From assembly GCF_000007145.1 (NCBI RefSeq), contig NC_003902.1, positions 2,124,486-2,156,485 on the forward strand: 32,000 nt of DNA, written 5' to 3'. The translations under genes and the position numbers were made by a program. How positions within the stretch are numbered: the stretch's first letter is position 1; every line of letters begins with the position of its first letter. This document shows, piece after piece, positions 8,267-16,020 of this stretch. The notes under the pieces were generated by a model. The model made no database searches, was not told the DNA's origin, and worked only from the letters and a program-made list of their open reading frames with translations. The DNA is from Xanthomonas campestris pv. campestris str. ATCC 33913 (GTDB lineage Bacteria; Pseudomonadota; Gammaproteobacteria; Xanthomonadales; Xanthomonadaceae).

Positions 8267-8833
8267 TCAGTCGGCGCGGCCAGCGAATTCGCCGGTGGTG
8301 GTGTTGACCAGCACGCGTTCGCCGTTGGTGATGTATTCCGGCACCATGATTTCCAGCCCGGTGTTGAGCTTGGCCGGCTTGGGCCGCTTGGTGGCAGTGC
8401 CGCCCTTGAGCTCTGGCGGGGTTTCGACCACTTCCAGCGTCACCGTCTGCGGCAGCTGCACGGCGACCGGCTGGTCGTCGATCACCTGCACGAAGATGCC
8501 GGTGAGGCCATCGGTGATGTAGCCGGCGTCGGTGCCGATCACCTCCGCGTCCAGCATGTAGGGGGTGTAGTCCTCGTCGTCCATGAACACAAAGGCCTCG
8601 CCGTCCTTGTACGAATAGGTCGACTGGCGGCGCAGCAGTTCCACTTCCGGCAAGTTGTCGTCGGCATCGAAGCTGGCATCCAGCTTGGCGCCGCCCGGCA
8701 CGCTGTACATGATGAAGCGGAAGCGCACATTGCCGCCGCGGCCCTGCGGCGAGCTGCGTTCGATGTCGCGGATCTGGTAGATGCCGCCGTTGTATTCGAC
8801 GACGTTGCCTTTCTTGATGTCGTTAGCTTTCAT
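8267..8833 (-). CDS. efpL: elongation factor P-like protein (YeiP/EfpL type)
   Basis: 188 aa from the ATG at the complement of 8831-8833: [40 protein letters not shown]...[20 protein letters not shown]...[42 protein letters not shown]...GEFAGRAD. It is collinear with E. coli YeiP, including the C-terminal GRAD and an Arg-containing loop instead of the KPGKG loop. The extension of track ORF 8267..9136 upstream of this ATG runs through the repeat element and the SDR gene. Confidence 0.85.
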
Positions 8834-8931
8834 GGGAATCGGGAGTTGGGAATGGGGAATTGGAAAAGCCGGGGCCGGGGTGCTGGGAGTGGGACGCGGT
8901 TGCGATTCCTCATTCTCGATTCCCCATCCCC
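8834..8931. repeat. second copy of the palindromic heptamer-repeat element (GGGAATC type)
   Basis: Left arm: GGGAATCGGGAGTTGGGAATGGGGAATTGG at 8834-8863. Right arm: GATTCCTCATTCTCGATTCCCCATCCCC at 8904-8931, an imperfect reverse complement. The G-rich spacer is about 40 bp. The element fills the whole gap between the efpL start codon and the SDR stop codon. Confidence 0.75.
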
Positions 8932-8933
8932 TG

Positions 8934-9704
8934 CTACTTGGGCGCCAAGCGCACGCCGCCGTCCAGGCGAATGACTTCGCCGTTGAGATAGCGCGTGCGC
9001 AGGATGAATGCGACGGTTTCGGCGTACTCGTCGGGTTGGCCCAGACGTGAGGGGAACGGGATCGAGGCGGCCAGCGATTGCTGCACGGTTTCGGGCATGC
9101 CATCCAACATCGGGGTCCAGAACACGCCGGGCGCAATGGTCATGACGCGGATGCCGAAGCGGGCGAGTTCGCGCGCCATCGGCAAGGTCATCCCGACCAC
9201 GCCACCCTTGCTGGCAGCATACGCGGCCTGGCCGATCTGGCCCTCGTAGGCGGCCACCGAGGCGGTGTGGATGATCACCCCGCGCTCGCCATCCTCGCCG
9301 GCGGCGTTGTGTTGCATCACATCGGCGGCGGCCTTGGCGACATTGAAGCTGCCGACCAGATTGACCATGACGGTGGTGCGGAAGGTGGCCAGCGGCATCG
9401 CGGCCTCCTTGCCCAGCACGCGGCCGGCGCCGAGGATGCCGGCGCAGTTCACGGCCAGGTTGAGCCCGCCCAGTGCCTGCGCCGCTTGCGCGACATTGGC
9501 GGCGACCTGCGCTTCATCGGTCACGTCGGTGGCGAAATAGTGCGCGTTGCCCGCGCCCAGCAAGGCCAGCGCCGCGTCGGCCTTGTCGGCGTTGACATCG
9601 AACAGCGCGACCCTGCCGCCGTCGGCGACGATGCGCTGCGCCACGGCCAGGCCGAGGCCGGAAACGCCGCCGGTGACGATGGCAAGGACAGAAGAAGGCT
9701 GCAT
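8934..9704 (-). CDS. short-chain dehydrogenase, 3-hydroxyacyl-CoA dehydrogenase (HSD10/type-2) like
   Basis: 256 aa from the ATG at the complement of 9702-9704: [20 protein letters not shown] (cofactor motif TGGxSGxG), then NCAG, catalytic [12 protein letters not shown] and ...[15 protein letters not shown]. The longer track ORF (to 10229) overlaps the lyase gene out of frame. Confidence 0.85.
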
Positions 9705-9807
9705 GCGCGTGGGTTCCTTGAAAGCGGGGATGCCGGCCGGCGATCGGTCGGCGATTCTAGCCGAAGCGCTGATCGCATCGCTGCGCGGCGCAACGCGGGT
9801 GGAATGA

Positions 9808-10704
9808 TCAGGCGGCCGCCGCCAGTGCCTTGCCGACCTTGCTGCCGGTTTCCCTGCCCAGCAGTTGCGCCAGCCAGCGCCCGGTGCGGGCGAGGGCAGG
9901 CAGGTCGATGCCGGTGGGCATGCCCAGGCCATGCAGCAGATAGACCACGTCCTCGCTGGCGACATTGCCGCTGGCACCCTTCGCATACGGGCAGCCACCG
10001 GCGCCGGACACGGCCGCGTCCACCACCCGCACGCCTTGCTCCAGGCAGGCGGCGATATTGGCCAGCGCCTGGCCGTAGGTGTCGTGGAAGTGCACGGCCA
10101 GGGCCTGCAGCGGGATGCTGCCGGCCACCGCGGCCAGCATCTGGCGTGCCTTGGCCGGGGTGCCGACGCCGATGGTGTCGCCCAGCGAAATCTCGTAGCA
10201 GCCCAGGCGGTACAGCCGCTCGGCCACATTCACCACATCGGCCACCGCCACCTCGCCCTGGTAGGGGCAGCCGAGCACCGTGGACACGTAGCCGCGCACG
10301 CGCACGCCGTCCTGCGCGGCCTGCGCCAGGATCGGCCGGAAGCGCTCGATCGATTCGTCGATGCCGGCATTGGTATTGGTGCGGTTGAAGGTTTCGGAGG
10401 CCGCGGTGAACACCGCCACTTCCTGCGCGCCGGCCGCGTGGGCACGCGCATAGCCCTGCAGGTTCGGCACCAGCACCGGGTAGGCGATGCCGGGCTGGCG
10501 GGTGATGCCCGCAAACACCTCGGCGGCGTCGGCCAGCTGCGGCACCCAGCGCGGGCTGACGAAGCTGGTCGCCTCGATCGTGCGCAACCCGGTGGCCGAG
10601 AGCTGGTTGATCAAGGCGATTTTGTCGGCGGAGGCAATCGGGTTGGCTTCGTTCTGCAGGCCGTCGCGCGGGCCCACTTCGACAATGCGTACGAAGTCGC
10701 TCAT
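9808..10704 (-). CDS. hydroxymethylglutaryl-CoA lyase
   Basis: 298 aa from the internal ATG (complement of 10702-10704): MSDFVRIVEVGPRDGLQNE...ISLGDTIGVGTP...HFHDTYGQALANI...GGCPYAKGASGNVASEDV. These are canonical HMGL-family motifs. Confidence 0.9.
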   Translation of the reverse strand: MSDFVRIVEVGPRDGLQNEANPIASADKIALINQLSATGLRTIEATSFVSPRWVPQLADAAEVFAGITRQPGIAYPVLVPNLQGYARAHAAGAQEVAVFTAASETFNRTNTNAGIDESIERFRPILAQAAQDGVRVRGYVSTVLGCPYQGEVAVADVVNVAERLYRLGCYEISLGDTIGVGTPAKARQMLAAVAGSIPLQALAVHFHDTYGQALANIAACLEQGVRVVDAAVSGAGGCPYAKGASGNVASEDVVYLLHGLGMPTGIDLPALARTGRWLAQLLGRETGSKVGKALAAAA

Positions 10705-10780
10705 GGGCGGCTCCGGGCCGTGGAGCGCCGTTGCTGCTGCCCGCTGCACGGCATGGGGTCGGCTAGATACCAGGACAGCC

Positions 10781-11578
10781 TCATGCGTTTTCCTCGCTCG
10801 CCCACGCCGGTGGGCGCTTGTCGAGGAAGGCGCCCAGGCCTTCCTGGCCTTCCGGCGAGACCCGCAAGCGGGCGATCAACGCGGCGTTGGCCGCATCGAT
10901 GGCATCGCGTTCGCAATGCGGCAGCATGCTGCGCACCAGCGCCTTGGCGCTGCTTGCGGCCTGCGGAGCGGCGGAGAGCAGCAGGCGGATCTGGCGCTGC
11001 ACCGCAATGTCGAGCTGGTCGGCGGCCACCAATTGATGCAGCAGCCCGAGCGATTGCGCCATGCCGGCATCGAAGATTTCCGCGGTGGCGAACCAGCGCC
11101 GTGCCTGGCGCGCGCCGATCGCGGCGATCACGTAAGGCGAAATCACCGCCGGCAGCAGGCCAAGGCGGCTTTCGGTCAGGCCAAAGCGCGCCTCGGTACA
11201 GCCGATGGCGATGTCGCAACACGCCACCAGGCCGACGCCGCCGCCGAACGCGGCGCCATTGACGCGCGCAATGGTGGGCTTGGGCAATTCGTCCAGCGTG
11301 CGCATCAGGCGCGCCAGCGCCAGTGCATCGGCCGCATTGTCGGCTTCGCTGGCGCTGACCATGCTGCGCATCCAGTGCAGGTCGGCGCCGGCGGAAAACG
11401 CCGCGCCGGCACCGGTGACGACCACGACCCGCACCTGCGCATCGGCACCGGCCTGCTGCAGGGCGCCGGTGAGGGCGGCAATCAGGGTCGCGTCGAACGC
11501 GTTGTGCACTGCCGGGCGATTGAGCCGCAGCGTACGGACCGCTCCCTGGTCCTCGACGATCAAGCCGGTTTCCTGCAT
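10781..11578 (-). CDS. enoyl-CoA hydratase/isomerase family protein (methylglutaconyl-CoA hydratase-like)
   Basis: Crotonase motifs LNRPAVHNAFD and VVVVTGAGAAFSAGADL...NGAAFGGGVGL. The start is uncertain: ATG at 11578 gives MQETGLIVEDQG (265 aa), with alternatives at 11593, 11611 and 11638. Confidence 0.8.
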   Translation of the reverse strand: MQETGLIVEDQGAVRTLRLNRPAVHNAFDATLIAALTGALQQAGADAQVRVVVVTGAGAAFSAGADLHWMRSMVSASEADNAADALALARLMRTLDELPKPTIARVNGAAFGGGVGLVACCDIAIGCTEARFGLTESRLGLLPAVISPYVIAAIGARQARRWFATAEIFDAGMAQSLGLLHQLVAADQLDIAVQRQIRLLLSAAPQAASSAKALVRSMLPHCERDAIDAANAALIARLRVSPEGQEGLGAFLDKRPPAWASEENA

Positions 11579-11656
11579 TGCGCATGCGTCCATGAATGGG
11601 ATGCGAACCATGATAGCCGGCCCACCCGCTGGAGCCATGACGCGGTGCGTCGATGC

Positions 11657-11682
11657 TAGAATTGAGAACCATTCCTAACAAT
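11657..11682 (+). promoter_or_regulatory. AT-rich Fur-box-like sequence upstream of feoA
   Basis: TAGAATTGAGAACCATTCCTAACAAT is the only AT-rich patch in the liu-feo divergent spacer. By eye about 10 of 19 positions match GATAATGATAATCATTATC. The match is weak and rests mainly on context (iron-transport operon). Confidence 0.3.
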
Positions 11683-11694
11683 CAGGCCGTCTTT

Positions 11695-11943
11695 GTGACG
11701 TTGTCGGATATGCCATTGCATCGCGTCGCCACCGTGGAATCCGTGCAGGACCGTCAGCCCAACGACACCATCGCCCGGCGTCTGCGCGAACTAGGCTTCG
11801 TGGCGGGGGAAGAGGTAACGGTGCTGGCGATGGGCCCGGTTGGCCGCGAGCCGTTGCTGGTGCAGGTTGGCTATACGCGCTTTGCACTGCGCCGCAGCGA
11901 GGCGGCCCGTGTGCAGGTGCGTGACGACGGAGTGGCGGCATGA
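11695..11943 (+). CDS. feoA: ferrous iron transport protein A
   Basis: (V/M)TLSDMPLHRVATVESVQDR...ARRLRELGFVAGEEVTVLAMGPVGREPLLVQVGYTRFALRRSEA is a typical FeoA SH3-like domain. I prefer the GTG at 11695 (82 aa) or the ATG at 11710 (77 aa). The track start at 11653 would place the Fur-like box inside the gene. The stop overlaps the feoB start (ATGA). Confidence 0.8.
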   Translation: MTLSDMPLHRVATVESVQDRQPNDTIARRLRELGFVAGEEVTVLAMGPVGREPLLVQVGYTRFALRRSEAARVQVRDDGVAA

Positions 11944-13799
11944 GCGCGATCGGCCTGCCGATGCGGCTGGCGTTGGTGGGCAACCCCAACAGTGGCAAGA
12001 CCGCCTTGTTCAACCAGCTGACCGGCAGCCGGCAGAAGGTGGCCAATTACACCGGCGTCACCGTCGAGCGCAAGGAAGGCCATTTCCGTGCGCCCTCCGG
12101 GCGCGAGTTTGCGGTGCTGGATCTGCCTGGCGCCTACAGCCTGCAGCCGGCCAGTCTGGACGAGGCGATCACCCGCGATCTGTGCCGCGGTTTTTACCCC
12201 GGCGAGCCGGCGCCCGATGTGCTGGTCTATGTGATGGACGCGACCAACCTGCGCCTGCACCTGCGCTTTGCGCTGGAGCTGCGTGAGCTGGGCCGCCCGA
12301 TGATCGTGGCGCTGAACATGATGGATGCCGCCCAGCGGCGCGGCATCGTCATCGACTTGCCCGCACTGGAGCAGGCGCTCGGTGTGCCGGTGGTCGAGAC
12401 GGTGGCGGTGCGGCGCGGCGGCGCCAAGGCGCTGGTCGAGCGCATCGACGCGCAGGCCGCGCACCTGGCTGCCCCCACCGCCACGCCGCCGGCCGATGGC
12501 AACTATCACGCCCAGGTGCGGCAGATCCTGAGCGCGGCGGTGACCATGCCCACGCGCACCTCGCGTGTGGACGATGCGTTGGACCGCTGGCTGCTGCACC
12601 CGGTGTGGGGGCTGGTGACGCTGGCGGTGGTGATGTTCCTGATCTTCCAGGCGGTGTACGCCTGGGCCACCCCGGTGATGGACCTGATCGACGGCGGCAC
12701 CGCGATGCTGGGCGAGTGGGTCGGCACCCACATGGCCGAAGGCCCGCTCAACAGCCTGCTCAAGGACGGCATCATCGCTGGCCTGGGTGGGGTGATCGTC
12801 TTCCTGCCGCAGATCCTGATCCTGTTCGCCTTCATCCTGGCGCTGGAAGAGTCCGGCTACCTGCCGCGCGCGGCGTTCCTGCTCGATCGCATGATGGCCT
12901 CGGCAGGCCTGTCTGGGCGCTCCTTCATTCCGCTGCTGTCGAGCTTTGCCTGCGCGGTGCCCGGCATCATGTCCACCCGCAGCATCCAGGACCCACGCGA
13001 CCGCCTGGCCACCATCATGGTGGCGCCGCTGATGACCTGCTCGGCGCGGTTGCCGGTGTATGCGCTACTGATCGGCGCCTTCATTCCGCAAAAAACGGTG
13101 TGGGGCATCTTCAATCAGCAGGGGCTGATCCTGTTCGCGCTGTATGCCGCGGCCATCGTCAGTGCGCTGCTGGTGTCGTGGACGATGAAGAAGTGGCGCC
13201 GCGACAAGAGCGAGCATCCGTTGATGCTGGAGCTGCCGTCCTACCGTGTGCCGCAGCTGCGCGATCTGGCGCTGGGCCTGTGGGAGCGCGCGGTGATCTT
13301 CCTCAAGCGCGTGGGCGGCATCATCCTGGCGCTGACCATTCTGTTGTGGTTCCTGCTGTCGTTCCCGGCCGCACCAGCCAATGCCACGTTGCCCGCAATC
13401 GACTACAGCTTCGCCGGGCGGATCGGCCATGCGATGGCGGTGTTCTTCGCGCCGCTGGGCTTCAACTGGCAGATCTGCATTGCGCTGATTCCCGGCCTGG
13501 CGGCGCGCGAGGTGGCGGTGGCGTCGCTGGCCACGGTCTATGCGTTGTCCGCAGCCGATGACGACGCGGCCGCGCAGGCGCTGTCGCCGTTGATCAGCGA
13601 CGGCTGGTCGCTGGCCACCGCGTTGTCGTTGCTGGTCTGGTACATCTACGCACCGATGTGCATCTCCACGCTGGCCACGATCAAGCGCGAAACCAACTCG
13701 TGGAAACAGATGACCATCAGCGCGGTTTACCTGTTCGCGCTGGCCTATCTGGCCTCGCTGGTGACCTACCAGCTTGCCGTGTTGTTCGGAGCCGGCTGA
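11940..13799 (+). CDS. feoB: ferrous iron transporter FeoB
   Basis: 619 aa. N-terminal G-domain LALVGNPNSGKTALFNQLTG...DLPGAYSL...ALNMMD, followed by a polytopic membrane domain. Confidence 0.95.
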   Translation: MSAIGLPMRLALVGNPNSGKTALFNQLTGSRQKVANYTGVTVERKEGHFRAPSGREFAVLDLPGAYSLQPASLDEAITRDLCRGFYPGEPAPDVLVYVMDATNLRLHLRFALELRELGRPMIVALNMMDAAQRRGIVIDLPALEQALGVPVVETVAVRRGGAKALVERIDAQAAHLAAPTATPPADGNYHAQVRQILSAAVTMPTRTSRVDDALDRWLLHPVWGLVTLAVVMFLIFQAVYAWATPVMDLIDGGTAMLGEWVGTHMAEGPLNSLLKDGIIAGLGGVIVFLPQILILFAFILALEESGYLPRAAFLLDRMMASAGLSGRSFIPLLSSFACAVPGIMSTRSIQDPRDRLATIMVAPLMTCSARLPVYALLIGAFIPQKTVWGIFNQQGLILFALYAAAIVSALLVSWTMKKWRRDKSEHPLMLELPSYRVPQLRDLALGLWERAVIFLKRVGGIILALTILLWFLLSFPAAPANATLPAIDYSFAGRIGHAMAVFFAPLGFNWQICIALIPGLAAREVAVASLATVYALSAADDDAAAQALSPLISDGWSLATALSLLVWYIYAPMCISTLATIKRETNSWKQMTISAVYLFALAYLASLVTYQLAVLFGAG

Positions 13800-13800
13800 G

Positions 13801-14049
13801 ATGTCGTTGACCCTGCAATACGTGATCATCGCGCTCGCCGTGCTGGTGAGCGCATGGGTGGTGATGAAAAAACAATTCCCCGGCACGCTGCGGCGTCTGC
13901 GCGGCGCGCTTGCGCTCGCCTTGGTGCGCGAGGGCCGCCCCGCGTGGATGCAGGCAATGGGGCGCCGCGTCGCACCGCCCGCCGGGCAGGGCGCGGCCGC
14001 CTGCGGTGGCTGTGACAGTTGCGGGCCGAAGACGCCGCGCAGCCACTGA
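13801..14049 (+). CDS. FeoB-associated Cys-rich small membrane protein
   Basis: 82 aa from the ATG at 13801, 1 nt after the feoB stop codon. It has a single TM segment MSLTLQYVIIALAVLVSAWVVMKK and the C-terminal motif CGGCDSCG. This architecture matches the small Cys-rich peptides found after feoB in many bacteria. Confidence 0.6.
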   Translation: MSLTLQYVIIALAVLVSAWVVMKKQFPGTLRRLRGALALALVREGRPAWMQAMGRRVAPPAGQGAAACGGCDSCGPKTPRSH

Positions 14050-14112
14050 CGGCCGGCAGCGCCTTCGCTACACTTGCGCGGCCGCAGGACGCGGCAGTCC
14101 AGGGGAAAGGCG

Positions 14113-14613
14113 ATGCGTGTGTTGGTGTTGCTGGCCGTATTGGCAGCGATTGCGGGGATTTATAACTACGGTGGCAATGCGCTGGACGAGCAGCAGGTGC
14201 GCGATCTGTATGCCGCGCACGACAAGGCGATGCTGGCCCAGGATGGTGAGGCCTTGTGCGCCATGACCGCACCGGATTTCGAGATGGTGGTGCTGTACCG
14301 CATGGATTCGCACCAGCAGCGCCGCACCACCTCGCGCGAAAAATACTGCAAGGCCAATGGCGAGTGGGCGCAGGCGCTGCGCCAGGTGCATGCGTCGGTC
14401 AACCTGGGAGACGTGATGGACTACAAGCACTCCATCACCAAGATCGAGATTGCACCGGACGAAGCCTCGGCCATGGTCGAAACCCGCGCCACGATCGGGT
14501 TGCCCGGCATGCGCATGACCTTGCGCAGCCGCGACAAGGTGATTCGCAAGCGCTGGAAAACTCTGGTGGAACGCAGCGAAGGCACCGCCTGGGTCGGGCC
14601 CGCGTACGACTGA
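14113..14613 (+). CDS. membrane-anchored hypothetical protein, NTF2/SnoaL-like fold suspected
   Basis: ATG at 14113 preceded by AGGGGAAAGG. N-terminal anchor MRVLVLLAVLAAIAGIY, then DEQQVRDLYAAHDKAMLAQDGEALCAMTAPDFEMVV, which is typical of NTF2-like/DUF4440-type domains. The fold call is from memory only. Confidence 0.55.
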   Translation: MRVLVLLAVLAAIAGIYNYGGNALDEQQVRDLYAAHDKAMLAQDGEALCAMTAPDFEMVVLYRMDSHQQRRTTSREKYCKANGEWAQALRQVHASVNLGDVMDYKHSITKIEIAPDEASAMVETRATIGLPGMRMTLRSRDKVIRKRWKTLVERSEGTAWVGPAYD

Positions 14614-14615
14614 GC

Positions 14616-14635
14616 GCGGCGCGCGCGCCGCCTTT
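14616..14635 (+). terminator. perfect 16-bp GC palindrome plus short T-run (weak terminator candidate)
   Basis: GCGGCGCGCGCGCCGC (14616-14631) is self-complementary and is followed by CTTT. It lies 3 nt after the stop codon at 14613. The T-run is only 3 nt. Confidence 0.25.
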
Positions 14636-14817
14636 GGTGCGCGGGAGCACTGGCGCTTTCAGCATCGTGCGGCAGTGAGCGCGCCAAGCAGTGATGCCAT
14701 GCGCTGCCGAATGCACGCATGGCAGCGCAATCACGCGGTAAACAATCGTAGTCAGGCCGCACCGCGTTCGCTGCAGCGCACAGCGCGTTGGCGGCGGGCA
14801 GTCGCTATGCTTGGTTG

Positions 14818-16020
14818 ATGACGACCTCTTTCCAGATCTCCCGACGTGCGCAGGCGCTGACCAGTTCGGCGATTCGCGAAATCCTCAAGATCACCGAACG
14901 GCCGGAGGTGATTTCCTTTGCCGGCGGCCTGCCGTCGCCGGCCACGTTCCCGGTGGAGCGCATGCGTGCGGCCAGCGACCAGGTGCTGCGCGATGCGCCG
15001 CAGGCGGCGCTGCAATACGGCCCCACCGAAGGGTATCTGCCGCTGCGCGAGTGGGTCGCCGCGCGGCTGAGCCGTGACGGTGCCAGCATCCGCCCGACCC
15101 AGGTGCTGATCACCACCGGATCGCAGCAGGGGCTGGATCTGCTGGGCAAGATATTCATCGACGAAGGCAGCAAGGTGCTGGTGGAGACGCCGAGCTATCT
15201 CGGTGCATTGCAGGCGTTTTCGCTGTTCCAGCCCAACTTTGCCGGCATGCCGTCCGATGCCGATGGCGTGGTGGTGGATGCACTGGACCCCTCGCTGTTG
15301 GCCGATGCGCGCTTTCTGTATTGCCTGCCCAATTTCCAGAACCCCACCGGGCGCCGGCTGCCGCTGTCGCGCCGCCAGGCGCTGGTGGCGCGGGCTGCGG
15401 AGGCGGGCGTGCCGATCGTCGAAGACGACCCGTACGGCGAGCTGTACTACAGCGGCGAGCCGCTGCCGAGCCTGTTGTCGATGCACCCGGACGGGGTGAT
15501 CTACATGGGCTCGTTCTCCAAGGTGCTGGCGCCTGGTCTGCGCCTGGGCTACGTGGTGGCACCGGAGGCAGTGCTGGGCAAGTTGATCCAGGCCAAGCAG
15601 GCGGCCGATCTGCATACGCCGTCGTTTACCCAGCGCGTGGTGCACTCCACGTTGCAGGACGATTTCCTGGATACGCATATTCCGCAGATCCGCGCGCTGT
15701 ATGCGCGGCAATGCAGCCTGATGCTGGAGGCGCTGGAGCGGCACTTTCCGCCGCAGGTGCAGTGGAATCGTCCCGACGGCGGCATGTTCCTGTGGGTGAC
15801 GCTGCCGCAGGGCCTGGATGCCAGCGTGCTGCTGGCGCGTGCGATCGCGCGCAATGTCGCGTTTGTGCCCGGCGCGCCGTTCTTCGCCACCTTGCCGCAG
15901 ACCAATACGCTGCGGCTGTCGTTCGTTACCGTGCCGGGCGAACGCATCGATGCCGGCATCCAGGTGCTCGGCGAATTGCTGCGTGAGGCATTGGCGGAGC
16001 TGCCGGGGCAGGGCGCGTGA
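14818..16020 (+). CDS. PLP-dependent aminotransferase (class I/II, 2-aminoadipate/aromatic transaminase-like, no HTH domain)
   Basis: 400 aa from the ATG at 14818: MTTSFQISRRAQALTSSAIREILK...FAGGLPSP...NFQNPTG...SFSKVLAPGLRLGY (PLP lysine). The track start at 14788 is a TTG 10 codons upstream. Confidence 0.85.
   Translation: MTTSFQISRRAQALTSSAIREILKITERPEVISFAGGLPSPATFPVERMRAASDQVLRDAPQAALQYGPTEGYLPLREWVAARLSRDGASIRPTQVLITTGSQQGLDLLGKIFIDEGSKVLVETPSYLGALQAFSLFQPNFAGMPSDADGVVVDALDPSLLADARFLYCLPNFQNPTGRRLPLSRRQALVARAAEAGVPIVEDDPYGELYYSGEPLPSLLSMHPDGVIYMGSFSKVLAPGLRLGYVVAPEAVLGKLIQAKQAADLHTPSFTQRVVHSTLQDDFLDTHIPQIRALYARQCSLMLEALERHFPPQVQWNRPDGGMFLWVTLPQGLDASVLLARAIARNVAFVPGAPFFATLPQTNTLRLSFVTVPGERIDAGIQVLGELLREALAELPGQGA

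Noticed and set aside
9078-11681. Long ORFs 9078..10388(+), 9865..11262(+), 10487..11659(+), 10701..11681(-) and the 5' extension of 8934..10229(-)
   Set aside because: They overlap the SDR, HMG-CoA lyase and hydratase genes antisense or out of frame. The proteins are Arg/Gly/Ala/Pro-rich without motifs. The SDR, lyase and hydratase frames carry the family signatures.
12605-13886. ORFs 12605..13561(+) and 13065..13886(-) inside feoB
   Set aside because: They are out of frame with or antisense to feoB. They have no hydrophobic periodicity or motifs of their own.
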